This document shows, one piece after another, positions 1 through 13,384 of a stretch of DNA of 64,000 nucleotides; position 1 is the stretch's first letter; each line of letters opens with the position of its first letter. The position numbers and the translations under genes are program-made. Source of the stretch: the human T2T-CHM13v2.0 reference genome, Homo sapiens; assembly GCF_009914755.1 (NCBI RefSeq), contig NC_060934.1. One strand, written 5' to 3'. Below the pieces are notes generated by a model. The model searched no databases and was not told where the DNA came from. It worked only from the letters and a program-made list of their open reading frames with translations.

Positions 1-600
1 AAGCAAAATATTGGGCAAAGAGTATAAACTTTCAGTTATGAGATGAAGGCCAGGTGCGATGGCTCATGTTGGTAATCCCAATACTTTGGAAGGCTGAGGC
101 AGAGGGATTGCTTGAGACCAGCCTAGGCAAGAAAGTGAGACCTCATCTCTACAAAAAATAAAAATAAAAGAATCAGCTGGGAGTGGTGGCATACACCTGT
201 AGTCCCAGCTAGTCAGGAGGCTGAGGGGGGAGGATCATTTGAAATTGGAAAGTCAAGGCTGCAGTCAGCCAAGATAGTGCCACTGCATTGCAGCCTGGGT
301 GACAGAGCGAAACCCTGTCTCAAAAAAAAAAAAAAAAAAAAAGATGAATAAGTTCTGGGGATCAAATGTACAGCATGGTGACTATAGTTTATAACTGCGT
401 TATTACTTGAAATTGGATAAGAGCAGATTTTAAGCATCCCCAGCACCCCCCCAACATACACACACACAAATGGTAACTATAGGTGGTGATAGATATGTTA
501 ATTTGACTGTGACAATCAGCATTCAATATATACATATATCAAATCATCACATTTTACCCCTTGAAATAGAAACTTTGATTTGTCAATCAAATATTTTAAA
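1..600 (+). mobile_element. Old L1 (L1MA-type) 3' UTR fragment, interrupted by an Alu
   Basis: tttcagttatgagatgaa...ataagttctggggatc..atgtacagcatggtgactatagtt is a typical L1MA 3' end. Confidence 0.7.
48..342 (+). mobile_element. AluJ-type element
   Basis: ggccaggtgc...aaaccctgtctc plus poly(A); TSD agatgaa at 41-47 and 342-348. Confidence 0.9.
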
Positions 601-649
601 ACGAAAATAATCATAATATTAATATAGCATACAGGAAAAAATTTCGTAT

Positions 650-2190
650 CTCGACTGATACAGAAAATTTCATGATAAAAACACTTTAAAACAAAAGAAA
701 TAAAAGGGAACTCCCTCAACCTGATAAATGGCATCTGTGGAAACCCCCAGCTAGCATCAAACTTAATACAGAAAGGCTGGGTGTTCACCTCTTGAACCAG
801 GAACAAGACAAAGATGCCTGCTTTTGCCACTTCCATTTGACCTTGTACTGAGGTTCTGGCTAGGGCAATTATCCCTGAAAAAGAAATAAAAGGCTTCCAA
901 ATAAAAGAAGAAGTAAAACTATCTCTACTCGCTCATGACATGATCTTGCATATAGAAAATGTGCACATGTACACACACACAAACCATTAGAACTAATAAA
1001 CAAGTTCAGCAAGTTTGCAGAATATAAAATGAATGTACAAAAATCAAGTGTTTTTCTATATACTAGCAATTAACAATCTCAAAATGAATTAAAATTCCAT
1101 TTACAATAGTATCAAACATAAATTATTTAGAAATAAAAAGTGCACTGAAAACTACAAAATATTTTGAAATAAATCAGAAAAGATTTAAGTAAATGGATCA
1201 CTTGAACCTGGGAAGCAGAGGTTGCAGTGTGCCGAGATTGTACCACTGCACTTTAGCCTGGGCAACAGAGGGAGACTCCAAAGAGTCGAAAAGAAAAGAA
1301 AAGATTTAAATAAGCTGAAACATATTCTATGGATCAGAAGACTTAATATTGTTAAAGTGACAATATTCCCCAAATTGATCTACAGCTTCAACTCAACCCC
1401 TATCAAAATCCTAGCTTGCTTTTTGGCTGAAATTGACAAGCTGATTCTATAATTTATATGGAATCTCAAAGGATCCAGAATAACCAAAACAATATTGAAA
1501 AATAAAGAACAGCGTTGGTGGATTAACATTTTCCAATTTCAAAACTTACTATAGCACTGCGGTAATCAAGCAGTGTGGCACTGTATAGCATGTACATTAC
1601 AGATCAGTGGACTAGAATCAATGTCCAGAAATAAACCGTTATGTTTATAATGAATTACTTTTTAATAAGGTGTCAAGACAACGCAATGGGAAAAGAATAA
1701 TGAATTCAACAAATGATGCATGGACAACCGGACATGCACATGCAACACAATGAATTTGAATTCTTCTATCGCTCCATGCATAAAAACTAACTCAAAATGG
1801 GTCACGGATGTAAATGAAAAGCTAAAACTATAATAATCCTAGAGGAAAACCTAGGAGTAAATCTTTAAGATGTTATTGTAGGCAGTGGTTTCTCAGATAG
1901 GACCCCAAAATCACAAGCGACAAAAGAAATTGGACTTAAAGTTAAATACTTTTGTGCTTCAAACATCATCAAGAAAGTGAAAACACAACCCGCAGAAGCA
2001 ATAAAAATGTCTGTAAGTCATGTATCCGATTAGAGACTTCTATCCAGGATATATAAATAATGCAATTCAATGATAAAAAAGATAAATAGCCCAGTTTTCC
2101 AAAGAGTCAAGCATCTGAATATACATCTCTCCAAAAATATACAGATATCCAACAAGCATGTGAAAAGATGTTCAAAGCCATTTGCCAGGT
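650..2190 (+). mobile_element. Degenerate L1M ORF2 fragment containing an Alu right-arm piece (~1196-1290)
   Basis: L1 ORF2-like residues ([23 protein letters not shown]) in an A-rich sense strand. Confidence 0.75.
1003..1017 (+). promoter_or_regulatory. DR3-type nuclear receptor element (candidate VDRE) inside an L1M fragment
   Basis: AGTTCA gca AGTTTG, about 2.3 kb upstream of the ATG. Confidence 0.4.
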
Positions 2191-3130
2191 GCACAAACCC
2201 AAGACAGTATGAGGAGATGCTACAGGGACTCTGCTGCTTCACAGACATGAAGCGTTGGTGAGAATGTAGGCAGCCGCCTTTGGGGACTTCACATCCCCGC
2301 CGCCCCACGCACGGTGAGCTAGTGTTTAAACTTAGCCGAGATCAATACACGCGACTGTGTGCCCGTCAGACCCTGCGCTGCCGGCGGGGCTGGGAGAGGC
2401 GGGCGCCAGGAGTGGGCGGGAACCTGGGGGTCAGGCCCCAGCCGCGGGAAGCCGCCCAGGAGCGCGCGAAACCTTCTCCACACCCTTCCAGGCATTTGCC
2501 CGCCGCGATTCAGAGAGCCGACCCGTGACCCCTGGCCTCCCCTAGACAGCCCCGCATGTCCAGATGTGCCGTCCCGCCTGCCTCCCGCGACCACTGGCCA
2601 TCTCTGGGCCTGGGCGCGGTCTCGGCGCCCGCCTGCCCCCGCCAGGAGCCGCAGGTCCAGCCAGTGAAGAAGCCCGCGCTGAAGGAGCCTCTGTGCTCCA
2701 GAATCCATCCTCAGTATCAGCGCTGGGGTGGCCTCCTCCAGGAAGCCCTTCTGATTCTCTCATGGGTCGCTCTTCCTCTGCAGACTCCCGGAGCACCCCT
2801 GCTCCAAGTACCGCAAGTGGCACTGAGAACTTGGGGAGAGCAGAGGCTGTGCCTAGATTTGTAGGGAGTCCCCGCAGCTCCACCCCAGGGCCTACAGGAG
2901 CCTGGCCTTGGGCGAAGCCGAGGCAGGCAGGCAGGGCAAAGGGTGGAAGCAATTCAGGAGAGAACGAGTGAACGAATGGATGAGGGGTGGCAGCCGAGGT
3001 TGCCCCAGTCCCCTGGCTGCAGGAACAGACACCTCGCTGAGGAGAGACCCAGGAGCGAGGCCCCTGCCCCGCCCGAGGCGAGGTCCCGCCCAGTCGGCGC
3101 CGCGTGAAGAGTGGGAGAGAAGTACTGCGG

Positions 3131-3160
3131 GGGCGGGGGCGGGGGCGGGGGCGGGGGCGG
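3131..3160 (+). promoter_or_regulatory. Tandem Sp1/Egr-1 array (GGGCGG)x5, the common 5-repeat allele of the known ALOX5 promoter VNTR
   Basis: 3129-3164 = (GGGGGC)6, containing five complete GGGCGG at -176 to -147 from the ATG. Confidence 0.95.
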
Positions 3161-3306
3161 GGGCAGCCGGGAGCCTGGAGCCAGACCGGGGCGGGGCCGG
3201 GACCGGGGCCAGGGACCAGTGGTGGGAGGAGGCTGCGGCGCTAGATGCGGACACCTGGACCGCCGCGCCGAGGCTCCCGGCGCTCGCTGCTCCCGCGGCC
3301 CGCGCC

Positions 3307-3456
3307 ATGCCCTCCTACACGGTCACCGTGGCCACTGGCAGCCAGTGGTTCGCCGGCACTGACGACTACATCTACCTCAGCCTCGTGGGCTCGGCGGGCT
3401 GCAGCGAGAAGCACCTGCTGGACAAGCCCTTCTACAACGACTTCGAGCGTGGCGCG
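3307..3456 (+). CDS. ALOX5: ALOX5 coding exon 1 (codons 1-50, N-terminal PLAT/C2-like domain)
   Basis: gccATGc start at 3307; translates [50 protein letters not shown], the human 5-LO N-terminus; donor GCG|gtgagc at 3457; 150 nt, phase 0. Confidence 0.99.
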
Positions 3457-6309
3457 GTGAGCGCGGGCGGGGCACGGGTGGAGCGCGGGCTGAGGTGCGT
3501 CCGGGACCCGGTTTGGACGGCAGAGGCCTGGGCGGGGGCGCCGAGGGCCCGTCGGGGCGGCCCGGACAGGACTGGGGGTGTCCAGGACCCTGTCAGGGAG
3601 GGCAGAACTGCGGTGGGGCGTGCCCTGGGCTCCCAGTGGCCGGTGGGTACCCTGGTGGGCAAGCGTCCAGGACCCCTCGCGGCGGCCGCGACCCCTGTCG
3701 GAAACGGAGACTTCCCGCGTGCCGCCTGCAAGGCGTCTTCCCTGGGAGGAGAAGGCCCAAGGTTTCCCCTCCACTTCAAGATCTGGGCTCCGAGGCTCCG
3801 GAGCCCCCTTCACTGGGCCGCGTTTCTTGTGCCACCTCTTCCTTAGGCTCCTTCTGCAGGTCGCACAGGGAGGGAGAGGCAGATGAGTCATGCTCACAGA
3901 ACTCTGAGGGCACCTCGGAGCAGCCAGCTGTGAGCCGTGGGGAAGGGTGCACGTCAGCGGGTCCAGAGGCCTGAGTTCTGTCCAGACATGACCACCAGCT
4001 CACTCTACCGTCTGTCTGGGCCTCAGTTTCCCCAGCTGAAAATGGAGGGTTGGCTTCAGTCTGGTCCATGAGTCATGGGTGAGCCCAGGCCCATCTGGTG
4101 GCTCAGACGGCACCTGGGCAGCTTACATTCTCAGGACAGTCCCCAGAGGAAATTAAAGGGAAGGAACAGAACCCAGGCCAGGAGAGGCTTTTCCTAAATG
4201 GAGGGGCTGCACTCCCTCCCAGCAGAATGTACACCAGGGAACACTTCCACGCTAGGTGTGAGGACGTGAGGGAGCCCTCAGCATTTGGAAGCTAGTTCCT
4301 AATGCTGATCTGGACCTGAATTCCAGCCCCACGACTCTTTTCCATGAGCATGGGCAGGTCGCAGTTCTCACTGAGCCTTTAATGAAGTGCCTAATCCAGT
4401 ACCTGGCACAGAGGAAGCGCTCCGTAAATGACTGGTAATAGTCCCAGACATACTGCAGGTGCGCAGGGAATATCAGTTCCCTTCCACCCCACCCCAGCTC
4501 CTAACTGGACCAAAAAGATTTAGACTTTACCAAGCTGCCTTCTCACCATTTAGTTTATTATTTGATCAAACCTTGTGAAATTGCTCATAATGGACAAATA
4601 CAACCGGCAAGTTCATGTTTCAACTGATTACTCTTGGATAAAATTTGTGTTTTAGGTGTGCAGAGCCTAAAGTAAGTAAAAACTACTCTTTTTCTGGATT
4701 CCAAGCTCTCCATGGGCTCGATTCCTATCCAGGAGCCCATACCCTCGCTGTAGCACGACATGGCCCTCAGCCAAGTTCACTAGCATCCTGGCTTGAGCTC
4801 CCTTCAAGAAGAGTTAGGTGTTGAGTACAAGAGCAACCTTCAGTTGCTTAGTTGCCCCAGTCGGGGAACTGACCCTGAGGACTGCGGTGCCCTGGAGTTA
4901 ATGTGTCGTCCATTTAGGGTGATGGCACCCTCTGCCATTTCTGACGCACCTTCATTTACTTCCATTATTTCATGGATTCCCCACACCTGGGGGAGAAGGA
5001 CAGGGTACAGGCTACTTCCCCTTTGTAAGTGCTTCCTCCTCCCCATTCTCCTCCACACATCATAAGGTTCTAGAAGCACAGGCCATTGGTGTGCTCACAC
5101 TGCACAGCACGGGCACCCCGTGTGTGCTTTCCTCCTGCAGGGGACATGATAACGTGGCCATAGCGGGCTCTTCGGACAAAGAGTGAAGGCACTGTTTTGT
5201 CCACTATCTCCCTCTCTCGGTCTGTCTTCCCCTACCCTGAGAAGTCATTCAAATGACATTATAATTAAACACCTCAGCCGGAATCCCAGGGGCAAATTTC
5301 AGGAGAGATTTGCATGTCACATTTCCATTGGGTTGAGAGGGCTATAAGTCAGGGGTGGGGCGGGGGGTGGTTGGGGGTGGGGGCTACCGCAGGGTGGGGA
5401 ACCAGCTAAGGCTGAAAGTTTCCTTGAAAAAATCAGCTTTTGAGAAAGTTCCTGTTGATGCAAAGTTACTCAACACTTTCTCTTGCCCAGCCCAGAACTA
5501 CTTCCTCATTCTCCCAGCTTGGTATCTGTAAAGACAATCATCCTTTTTGGGTAAAGGTAAAAGAGAAACCCTAGAGGAAGTACTTGCTGAGAAGACAAGG
5601 TTATCCCATTTTACAGGGAAAAGTGTTAAAATCTGTATTGTTAACAGTAGTAACGATAACAATAACAATAAAGGTATTTCCACACAATTTAATCATTTCC
5701 AAGTTATTGGCAGGTCAACACCCCCCTCCTCCAGGGCATAGTTCAGTCAAATAATGGACAGGACTGATTTTTTCCTTGATAAAGTGAGTCACAGGTCCCT
5801 TGTTATTCTCATCAGAGTTCCGCATAGTGATTCAGTCAGGACTGGGAATCAAGTCCTTCGCAGGTGGGATTATCCTATAAACGGTTGTGTCTTCCTTGGC
5901 TCCTCACTGTCTGCTGGAGAAAGCCGGGATCCTACACAGAATGGCCCTGTTTCCAGAGGCTAACCCAAGTCTAGGCAAATTTAACAAGTTGATTTATTTC
6001 TTTAACTCTGTAAATTTAAAGTAATTCAGATCGGATACGATAACTGTAACAGATCTGAAGATTTCTGAGAAATCTTAGTTGGCCCATTTCATTCTGTGCT
6101 GGTACTTTTAAGAAAGCTAAGGGCAATAGCGTGGTGTTTAATATATGATACTTGAATATGTTCAACAAGTGTAGAAAAGTGTTATAATGATTCATGCTTC
6201 TTAAGTCAGTGAGTATTCTTACATTCATGAAAAATTAATTCTAGAATACCTCCTTCTTGTGAATGGGAATATATTAGTGGAGCATAAATATTTCTTTGGT
6301 ATGACCCTC

Positions 6310-6730
6310 AATCCGTCTCTCATCTCCCAGTCTCCCCCTCTGAGCCATCTTTTCCCTACATTCTGCCCCCTCTTCTGCCTCCTCTTCCTTCCCCTGCTCC
6401 CAGTTCCCTAAATGCCCCCCGTTTCTGCTCTCTACCCTACAATTCTCCCTTCTTTTTTGCTCTGAATTTTCCTCTACACTCTGTCTTCCAGCCACCTCTC
6501 AGAGGCCCCTTCTCTGCTCCCTCAATCTCCGGCTCTCTGTCCCACATTTTCCCCCTTCTCTGCCCCTTGGTCTCCCTATCCACTACCCCAATCCCTCTCT
6601 CCGTCCCTTGTTTTCCTCAGCTCTTCCCCATAGCCTCCCCCTCTCTCATCCCGAGTCTCTGTTTTGTCTGGCCCCCAATCTTCCTCTCTGCTCTACAGCT
6701 TCCTCCTCCCACAGCCCCTCATTAGTCCCC
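6310..6730. repeat. CT-rich low-complexity polypyrimidine tract
   Basis: About 400 bp strongly enriched for C/T on the + strand. Confidence 0.7.
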
Positions 6731-9670
6731 CTCCAAGATGGGTAGTCTGGGGGTGGGGCACACATCCTTGCTTCCGCAGAGAGATCCGTCTCCCTGTCCC
6801 AGCAACAGCAGAGATCTGATGAAAGACAGATGAAAACTTTCCTAAAATGCTGATAGAAAGCTCACATGAAAACTGACCAACTGACTCTTTGCCGAAATAT
6901 TCAAAAGCTTTAAAACTACATATCCAATAAAAAGTTAAAAGCAACAAGCAAAATCAGCAAAGTGGCCCCTTGTGAAATGAGGCCGGTGAGTTGCAGGTTT
7001 CCCTTGTTTCTCTCCAGCATCTGCACCACCACGCCACCCACTTCTGTCCCCAGAAACTGTGTCCAGCCTTCCTCCTCCCACGTGTGAATCCCCCGGGGAC
7101 CCTGCCCTCCCAGTTCCCCACATCTGAAATGTGCTACCCATGCCCATCCTCCTACTCATCTGCCCTCTGAAATCTGATCAGCCCCTAAAAGCTGCCTGAA
7201 ATACCCTCTTATGAAGCTTTTCCCTGTCCTTCCATGCCACTCCACATTGCCCCTTTACACTCCATCCAGGGTACAAACCAGGGCTCAAAGCTGGGCCTTC
7301 TAGCTTCCGGTTCAGGGCTTTTCTCAAGATGTGGCCTTGGGGAACTGTGGGAGGAACCTGGGCTTGGCCATCACACAGGTGTAGGTTCTGATCTTGAGGC
7401 CACCATTGCTCTCTGAGCCTCAGTTTCTATCTGTAAAGCAGGATAATCACTCGCTCGGCCATTCCCAGGCCCAGTGCTTCCTGAGGGCCTGTTGGGGGGT
7501 GTCCACTGTTGATAGTGCCCACCATAATTCAGTGTGTCACCTGAGAATTTAATGTGTCACAGCAAATAGACAAATATAGCATCAGCCCAGTGTACTTGGC
7601 CCAGAGAGGAGGGAGGAAGGTGGCCATTGTAGTTCCACAAACCTTCCGAAGATATTTTGCAGTTTGACACATGTGACCCTGGTATTTTCCTGGAAGGAGG
7701 CCTTTATCTGTCATTCTTCCATTAGTGGCCCCTGGGATGTTAGAACCACAGCCATCAAGCTTTGTCTTTTACTCCCTGAGTTGGGTCAAGGCTGGAGCCC
7801 TCTGCCCCTTGTTCACCTCTTATCATATTCAGGCTTGAAGCCAGCACCAGGAAAGTGGCTGGGCTGGCCATAGACCAGCCAGACTGCAGGCCTGGCCCCC
7901 TCCTGCTGTGGAAGTCCCTGTCAGATGGCAGATGGAGTCCTTGTAAATCTGCCTAGTGATTTCACCCCAAGTGAAACTCAGGGGCTCTCCACCAGGTGCC
8001 TGCAGGTGTAGGTAGGGCAGGGGGCCAGGAGTGTCCCAGTCCCCTGTGACTGCACCACAGGTGTGCTGGAGGGTCACCCCACTGTCCACTCCCTCAGAGA
8101 AGCTGCTCAGTCTCTTCGTGTGGGTCGTCACCCCCAGGTAGACATCGGGCCCTCCCTGTGGGACCTGCCCAGTCCTGGAATGCCTCCTCAGCCCATCTCC
8201 CTCCCCTCTTAGTCCAAGGTACTGGGAGCCTCCCTCCCATGAGAGTGTCCCTGTTAGCTCCTCCCACCCCACCCCAGCTTTCCTGTCATCTATCCCCTGG
8301 GGACACCTTCCTCCCTCTCCAGCCCCTCAGAGCCATAGGAAAGCTACTTCCCCTGCAGCAGCCACACTCAGACCAGGCCCGGGCCTCTGGTGGCCGCCCC
8401 TCAGTCCTCACCGCACACAGACTTGCTCTGCCTGCCCCACCAGCATTCAGAATGCCTCCCACTCTCCCTCTGTCCTCACAGCCCTGTCTCCAGCCTTTCA
8501 GGAGTTCCTTCTGGGCTTTGAGTGAAGGAGTTTGAGGTCACAGGTTCAGTTTCCTCCTCCCATGTGTGCTCCAGTTACTCGGATTGGCACATGTAGTCAC
8601 GAAGTGGCCGTGACGCAGGGGCCCATGCTAGCTCACAGGCGGTGTGGGGCCTGGTGCCCTGCAACCCCCTGGATTCAGGAAGGGGCACTGGTGGTTCTGA
8701 TGCACACAACCGGTGGCCTGTGCCTCTGGAGAAAGGAGGCCACCCAGGATGGTGTCATTTCATTTTCTCAATGGTCCTGCAAGTGAGGGGTATCTCCTTT
8801 GGGTAGATGAAGAAACAGCTTCAGAGAATGAAGCAATGTGCCCAGGCCATCCAGCTACTTGCCTGAAGCTGGGATGTGAATTCAGAGCTCCAGACCCCAG
8901 GGCCCACCGAGCCTTCTACCCCTCACTGCCCTCTCCCCACTCCTCGGTGGGATCAGGAATCTCTGTCTTGGCTCACAACCTGCAGCTAAGGCCTCTGTAA
9001 ATCCCTGTGGCATGCAGGGCCTGGCGTGGGGCAGGCCCGACGCGTATCCAGTCCTGGGCCACTCAGCCCCCACTCTGCTCCTCCAGATGGGCCCGAGCCC
9101 CTGAGATGCTGAGACTCCTGTCCCATCAGAACCTGCCCACCCTGTCCATGATGGGCGAGGCCTTGTGTGTGGCCCTGCTCTCCTGAGGACAAGCTGTGGC
9201 AGGAAGGCTTTCTCAGAGGTGGCAGATGAGGCTGATACTCTCCCTGCAGGAGGGGCATTGTCGTGGGGCCGAGGCTGGTCCACATGTGGCTGGACCCAAG
9301 ACATGTCATCCCACCACATGGGCCTGGCTCCTCTGTCATCAGAAACTGTTCCTAGGGCCTCTGGCCTAGACTACAGAGCACAGGGAGGAAGCTTCCGCTT
9401 TCTGACCACAAGCGTCTGGCCTCAGCGTCAGCCACCCCAAACTGCTCACGGTATTCAGAGCCAGGAGGTTTGTGGAAAACACTCAAGTTCCCATTCCTCT
9501 TAGGAAGCCCTCCAGGGGTCCTCCTGGCAGCTTGGAGGCAGGGCATGGAATGGGGATGCCTGCGCTCGCACAAAGGATGATACCCCTCGCCCCTTCCACT
9601 TTGCCATCATGCTGAGAACTCTAGGTTCTGCCGCCAGGGATAAAGTTCAAGGGTTGATGAATCTGGCTTA

Positions 9671-10027
<357 letters not shown>

Positions 10028-10939
10028 TCATCAGAATGCGTGATGCAATGCCTGAGCCTCTCATCCCAACTTCCTGTCTGCCATCCATTGCTGCAGAGAC
10101 AAAAGCCCTCCAGAAGCTATGGCTGTTGCCTCAGAGCCGCCTGTGTCCTGGAAGCAGGAGCCTGGCAGGGAGGGGGCCAAGCAGCCTTGTCCCAGAGGCC
10201 TGGGCAGCTGCGCTGTACACAGCCTGGGGTGGTGCCTTCTAGCTGCAAGGCTAGCCTCACCCTGCCACCAGTAATGCCACAGGTGCAGCAGAGCTGCTTG
10301 GTCTCACTGTTCTCTGGGCATCACCATGCAGCTGTGAACTGCAAATGTCCCAGGACGACTCGAATCCATGCAAGCTCCCTGTATCTAAGCCTCACCATTT
10401 TCACTCACTTATTATCCCCACTGAAAACTGGAAAGAGAGGAAGTGGCTATGATGGAAAGACCTGGGGTGTGACTCCAGCTCTGCTGGCAAGTGGCAGAGG
10501 TGGGAGTCACTGAGCCTCGCTGTCTTCATCTGTGGAAGGGGTGGTAACTCCCCTGCACTCCCAGAGTCATTGTGGGGATCCACTGTCAGCAAGCCCATCT
10601 CCAGTTGTAAAGGTCTCCCACAAGGCTATCCCATGTGGGGGCAGCTGCGGACCCTCACTGGGCACAGCCTCGCAGGTGCAGGCATGAGCCTGGGCATCTC
10701 CCCATCCTCCAGCCTGAGCTAAGTGCAGTCAGCAGGCGTTGCCCTCTGAGCAGCACAGCACCATCCTGGCTCACTGGATTCTCTCTCCTCAAGGGCAGGG
10801 CCCAGGATTTGTCCATTTCTTTCACCTGCCTGGGTCGTAGCACTGAGCCTTGTCAGGGGCAGGCCTTCAGTGAATGTCTTGGCTAAATGAATTCAGGAGT
10901 TCATTTAAGGTGTTCATGAAGAATCTTGGCTCCATGAAC

Positions 10940-11452
10940 TGTAGTGGAGGCAAAACTCCACCTCTTCCCATTTCAGCTAGGTCTGAGAATCGGCATAAGA
11001 CAGATTCATGGGCGAAAGCCTACAGATTTCTTTAATACAAGTTGTACGTGGCATGGGAGCCCTCTTAAAAAGATGAAGACCCCAAGAAGCAGTTAGAGTC
11101 AATCCCCCTTAGATACTGCATTGAATGAATCATCGTGAGATGTGATAAGGCCAAGGGGCTTGGGCTAGGGCAGGTAACTGGGCAGGGAAGTGACTCGGGA
11201 GGTAAGCGTTCATTGTACAAGATCTGTTTGTATGGATTTCCTTTGGCTTCAACTTCCCAACCTTGATGAAAAGAGTGTTACTTTCCTTTTGGTATAGTGA
11301 GGACATCTTTCATAGGGGACTTTCATCTCCTGCTTCTAAGAAACAGCACGAATGTCAGAGTATCTTGCACCTGCTGTTTTTTTAAGTGCTTTTCATTCAA
11401 CGTAGTCCCTGTGCCACAGCAGCATACCTTGGGGTGACAAATTCTTAACACC
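10940..11452 (-). mobile_element. Probable ERV1-class solo LTR ending about 60 bp upstream of exon 2
   Basis: Motifs ataagacagatt..., tttaatacaagtt.tacgtggcatgggagcc, aagatgaagaccc resemble MER4-group LTRs; subfamily uncertain. Confidence 0.55.
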
Positions 11453-11509
11453 TCCAGAACAAAGGCTCAGGAGACCACGCATGGCCTGATTGCCTGTTCT
11501 CCTTCCCAG

Positions 11510-11708
11510 GTGGATTCATACGACGTGACTGTGGACGAGGAACTGGGCGAGATCCAGCTGGTCAGAATCGAGAAGCGCAAGTACTGGCTGAATGACGACT
11601 GGTACCTGAAGTACATCACGCTGAAGACGCCCCACGGGGACTACATCGAGTTCCCCTGCTACCGCTGGATCACCGGCGATGTCGAGGTTGTCCTGAGGGA
11701 TGGACGCG
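11510..11708 (+). CDS. ALOX5: ALOX5 exon 2 (rest of the PLAT domain)
   Basis: Acceptor ttctccttcccag|G; [66 protein letters not shown]; donor G|gtgagc; 199 nt. Confidence 0.99.
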
Positions 11709-13384
11709 GTGAGCAGCTCAGGCCCCTTCTGCCCCGGGCTTCCCAAGAACCGAAAGTTCTTCCTGTCCTCAAAGCACTGTAGTCATAGGAGGAATGACAC
11801 TGCTGTGCAGGGGCGGGAAGTGGGAGGGCTCTGCCCTGTGCCTCGACACACCTGCAGGAGGCATGACTTTCCTTGGGATTCTTACAAGCCCCTGAGGGTG
11901 GAGCGGGTGGCCCCAGGCCTCACTGTCGTCATGTCCTCACTCTGCGCTACAGTTCTACAGGGGAGGGTTGTGCCCCTCTTTTTGTCAGTGGGTAACTAGG
12001 GTCCATACAGGCAGATACCTATGGGACATGCCCCTGGATGGGCACTTCTCTAGTTGCCAGGGTGTGGCATCACTTTCTAGTTCATAGCCTGCCCTCCGTG
12101 AGATCACAGTAGGGCTCAGGCAAGCTCAGGGTGCCCCATGTGGGCCTAGGGAGGGAAGGGGTGGACAAGGAGCACCCCAAGTGCCAGCTCTGAGGAGCCA
12201 TGGACAAGCCTGCAAATCACAGTTACCAGTTCTTCAACCCGAAGTCTCACCTTTCGCTGAAAGAAAGAAGAACCTCAAATCTGTTCCCCTTACTAAGATG
12301 CCCAGATGTGCAGACCCCAGTTAGGAGGCCATTCTTTGTTAGGGACACACAGCTGACCTGGTACAGAGCATCAGAGACAGACGCAGGCGTCAAGGTCAGC
12401 CAAGGCTCCCTGAATGAACCACCTTGCATACCCAGCCTCCTAGTGTGCCTGGCAAAATCCTACCTCACTTCGAGTCATAACCCTTCGGCTTGCTCTCAGT
12501 TTAAACCTGGAAAGATAAGCCTTCAAAGGCCAGGCAGCCACCGTAATAAGAGAAAGCCACTGCTTCTGCCATGACAGCGTCAAACTCTTTCTCTTTGCCA
12601 AGTTTCCTGTAGCTAGTGTGTTCTTCACGAAGTTTGGTGGGGTAGGTAGGAAGAGATGACTGTTACCCCCATTTTATAGCTAAGAAAACTGAGACAAAGG
12701 AGAAAAAAGTTATTCTGTACCTGCTGTTCTTAAGCTACCAGGCCACATCCCATCGTTTCTGATGTGGAATTTGACTTAAGAAACCAAATTTCCAGAATAT
12801 TTCTGAACATGGAGTTAAGAGGATTTTTGTCCCCCTACCTAATGACAGGAAAAAAAATCACAAAGTTCATTTATTCCTGTGGTCAACAGAATGTGGAAGG
12901 TTGTGGACAGGGCACTTCTCTTTTTCTGGTAGTTAGAAAATGCTGGCTCTGAAACTCCCTCCTGCACATCTACCCAAGGTCTCGGTTATGAAGCCCTTCT
13001 TCCTGCAGACCCTTCAGCTCATCTTGGCAAAAAACAGATGGTACACTAGGATGAGGGTTTAACAAAGGGGCATCACAAAGGTGTGGGCCCATGTGCAGAG
13101 GGACCATGCAGAGTGCGGGGCCATCAGCACCACTAGTCCTGATGCAGGGGGAGGGGGAAGGTTGTGGGAGTAATGCAGAAGTATCCTGGAGACAGCACCC
13201 TTGGAGGAGCTGCGGCCCTCAGTAGAAAGGTTCTGGGGAGTGATTGGCCTCTCCTTCCTCTACACATTCCCTCCTTTCTGGTCAGAGTTCCCAGTGGAAA
13301 ACCCATTGAGGCATCTCATTCCAATCACTTTCAGGGACAGCACAGGTTGGAGGGTGAGCATAGAGAAGCTGTCCAGCAAGTTCC

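Larger units (their letters stand above)
2290..3960. promoter_or_regulatory. CpG-island, TATA-less ALOX5 promoter spanning exon 1
   Basis: Very GC- and CpG-dense, with multiple GC boxes and no TATA box upstream of the ATG; boundaries approximate. Confidence 0.9.

Noticed and set aside
3457-3846. Read-through of the exon 1 ORF into intron 1
   Set aside because: Canonical GT donor at 3457 and correct phase with exon 2; the open frame is explained by GC content
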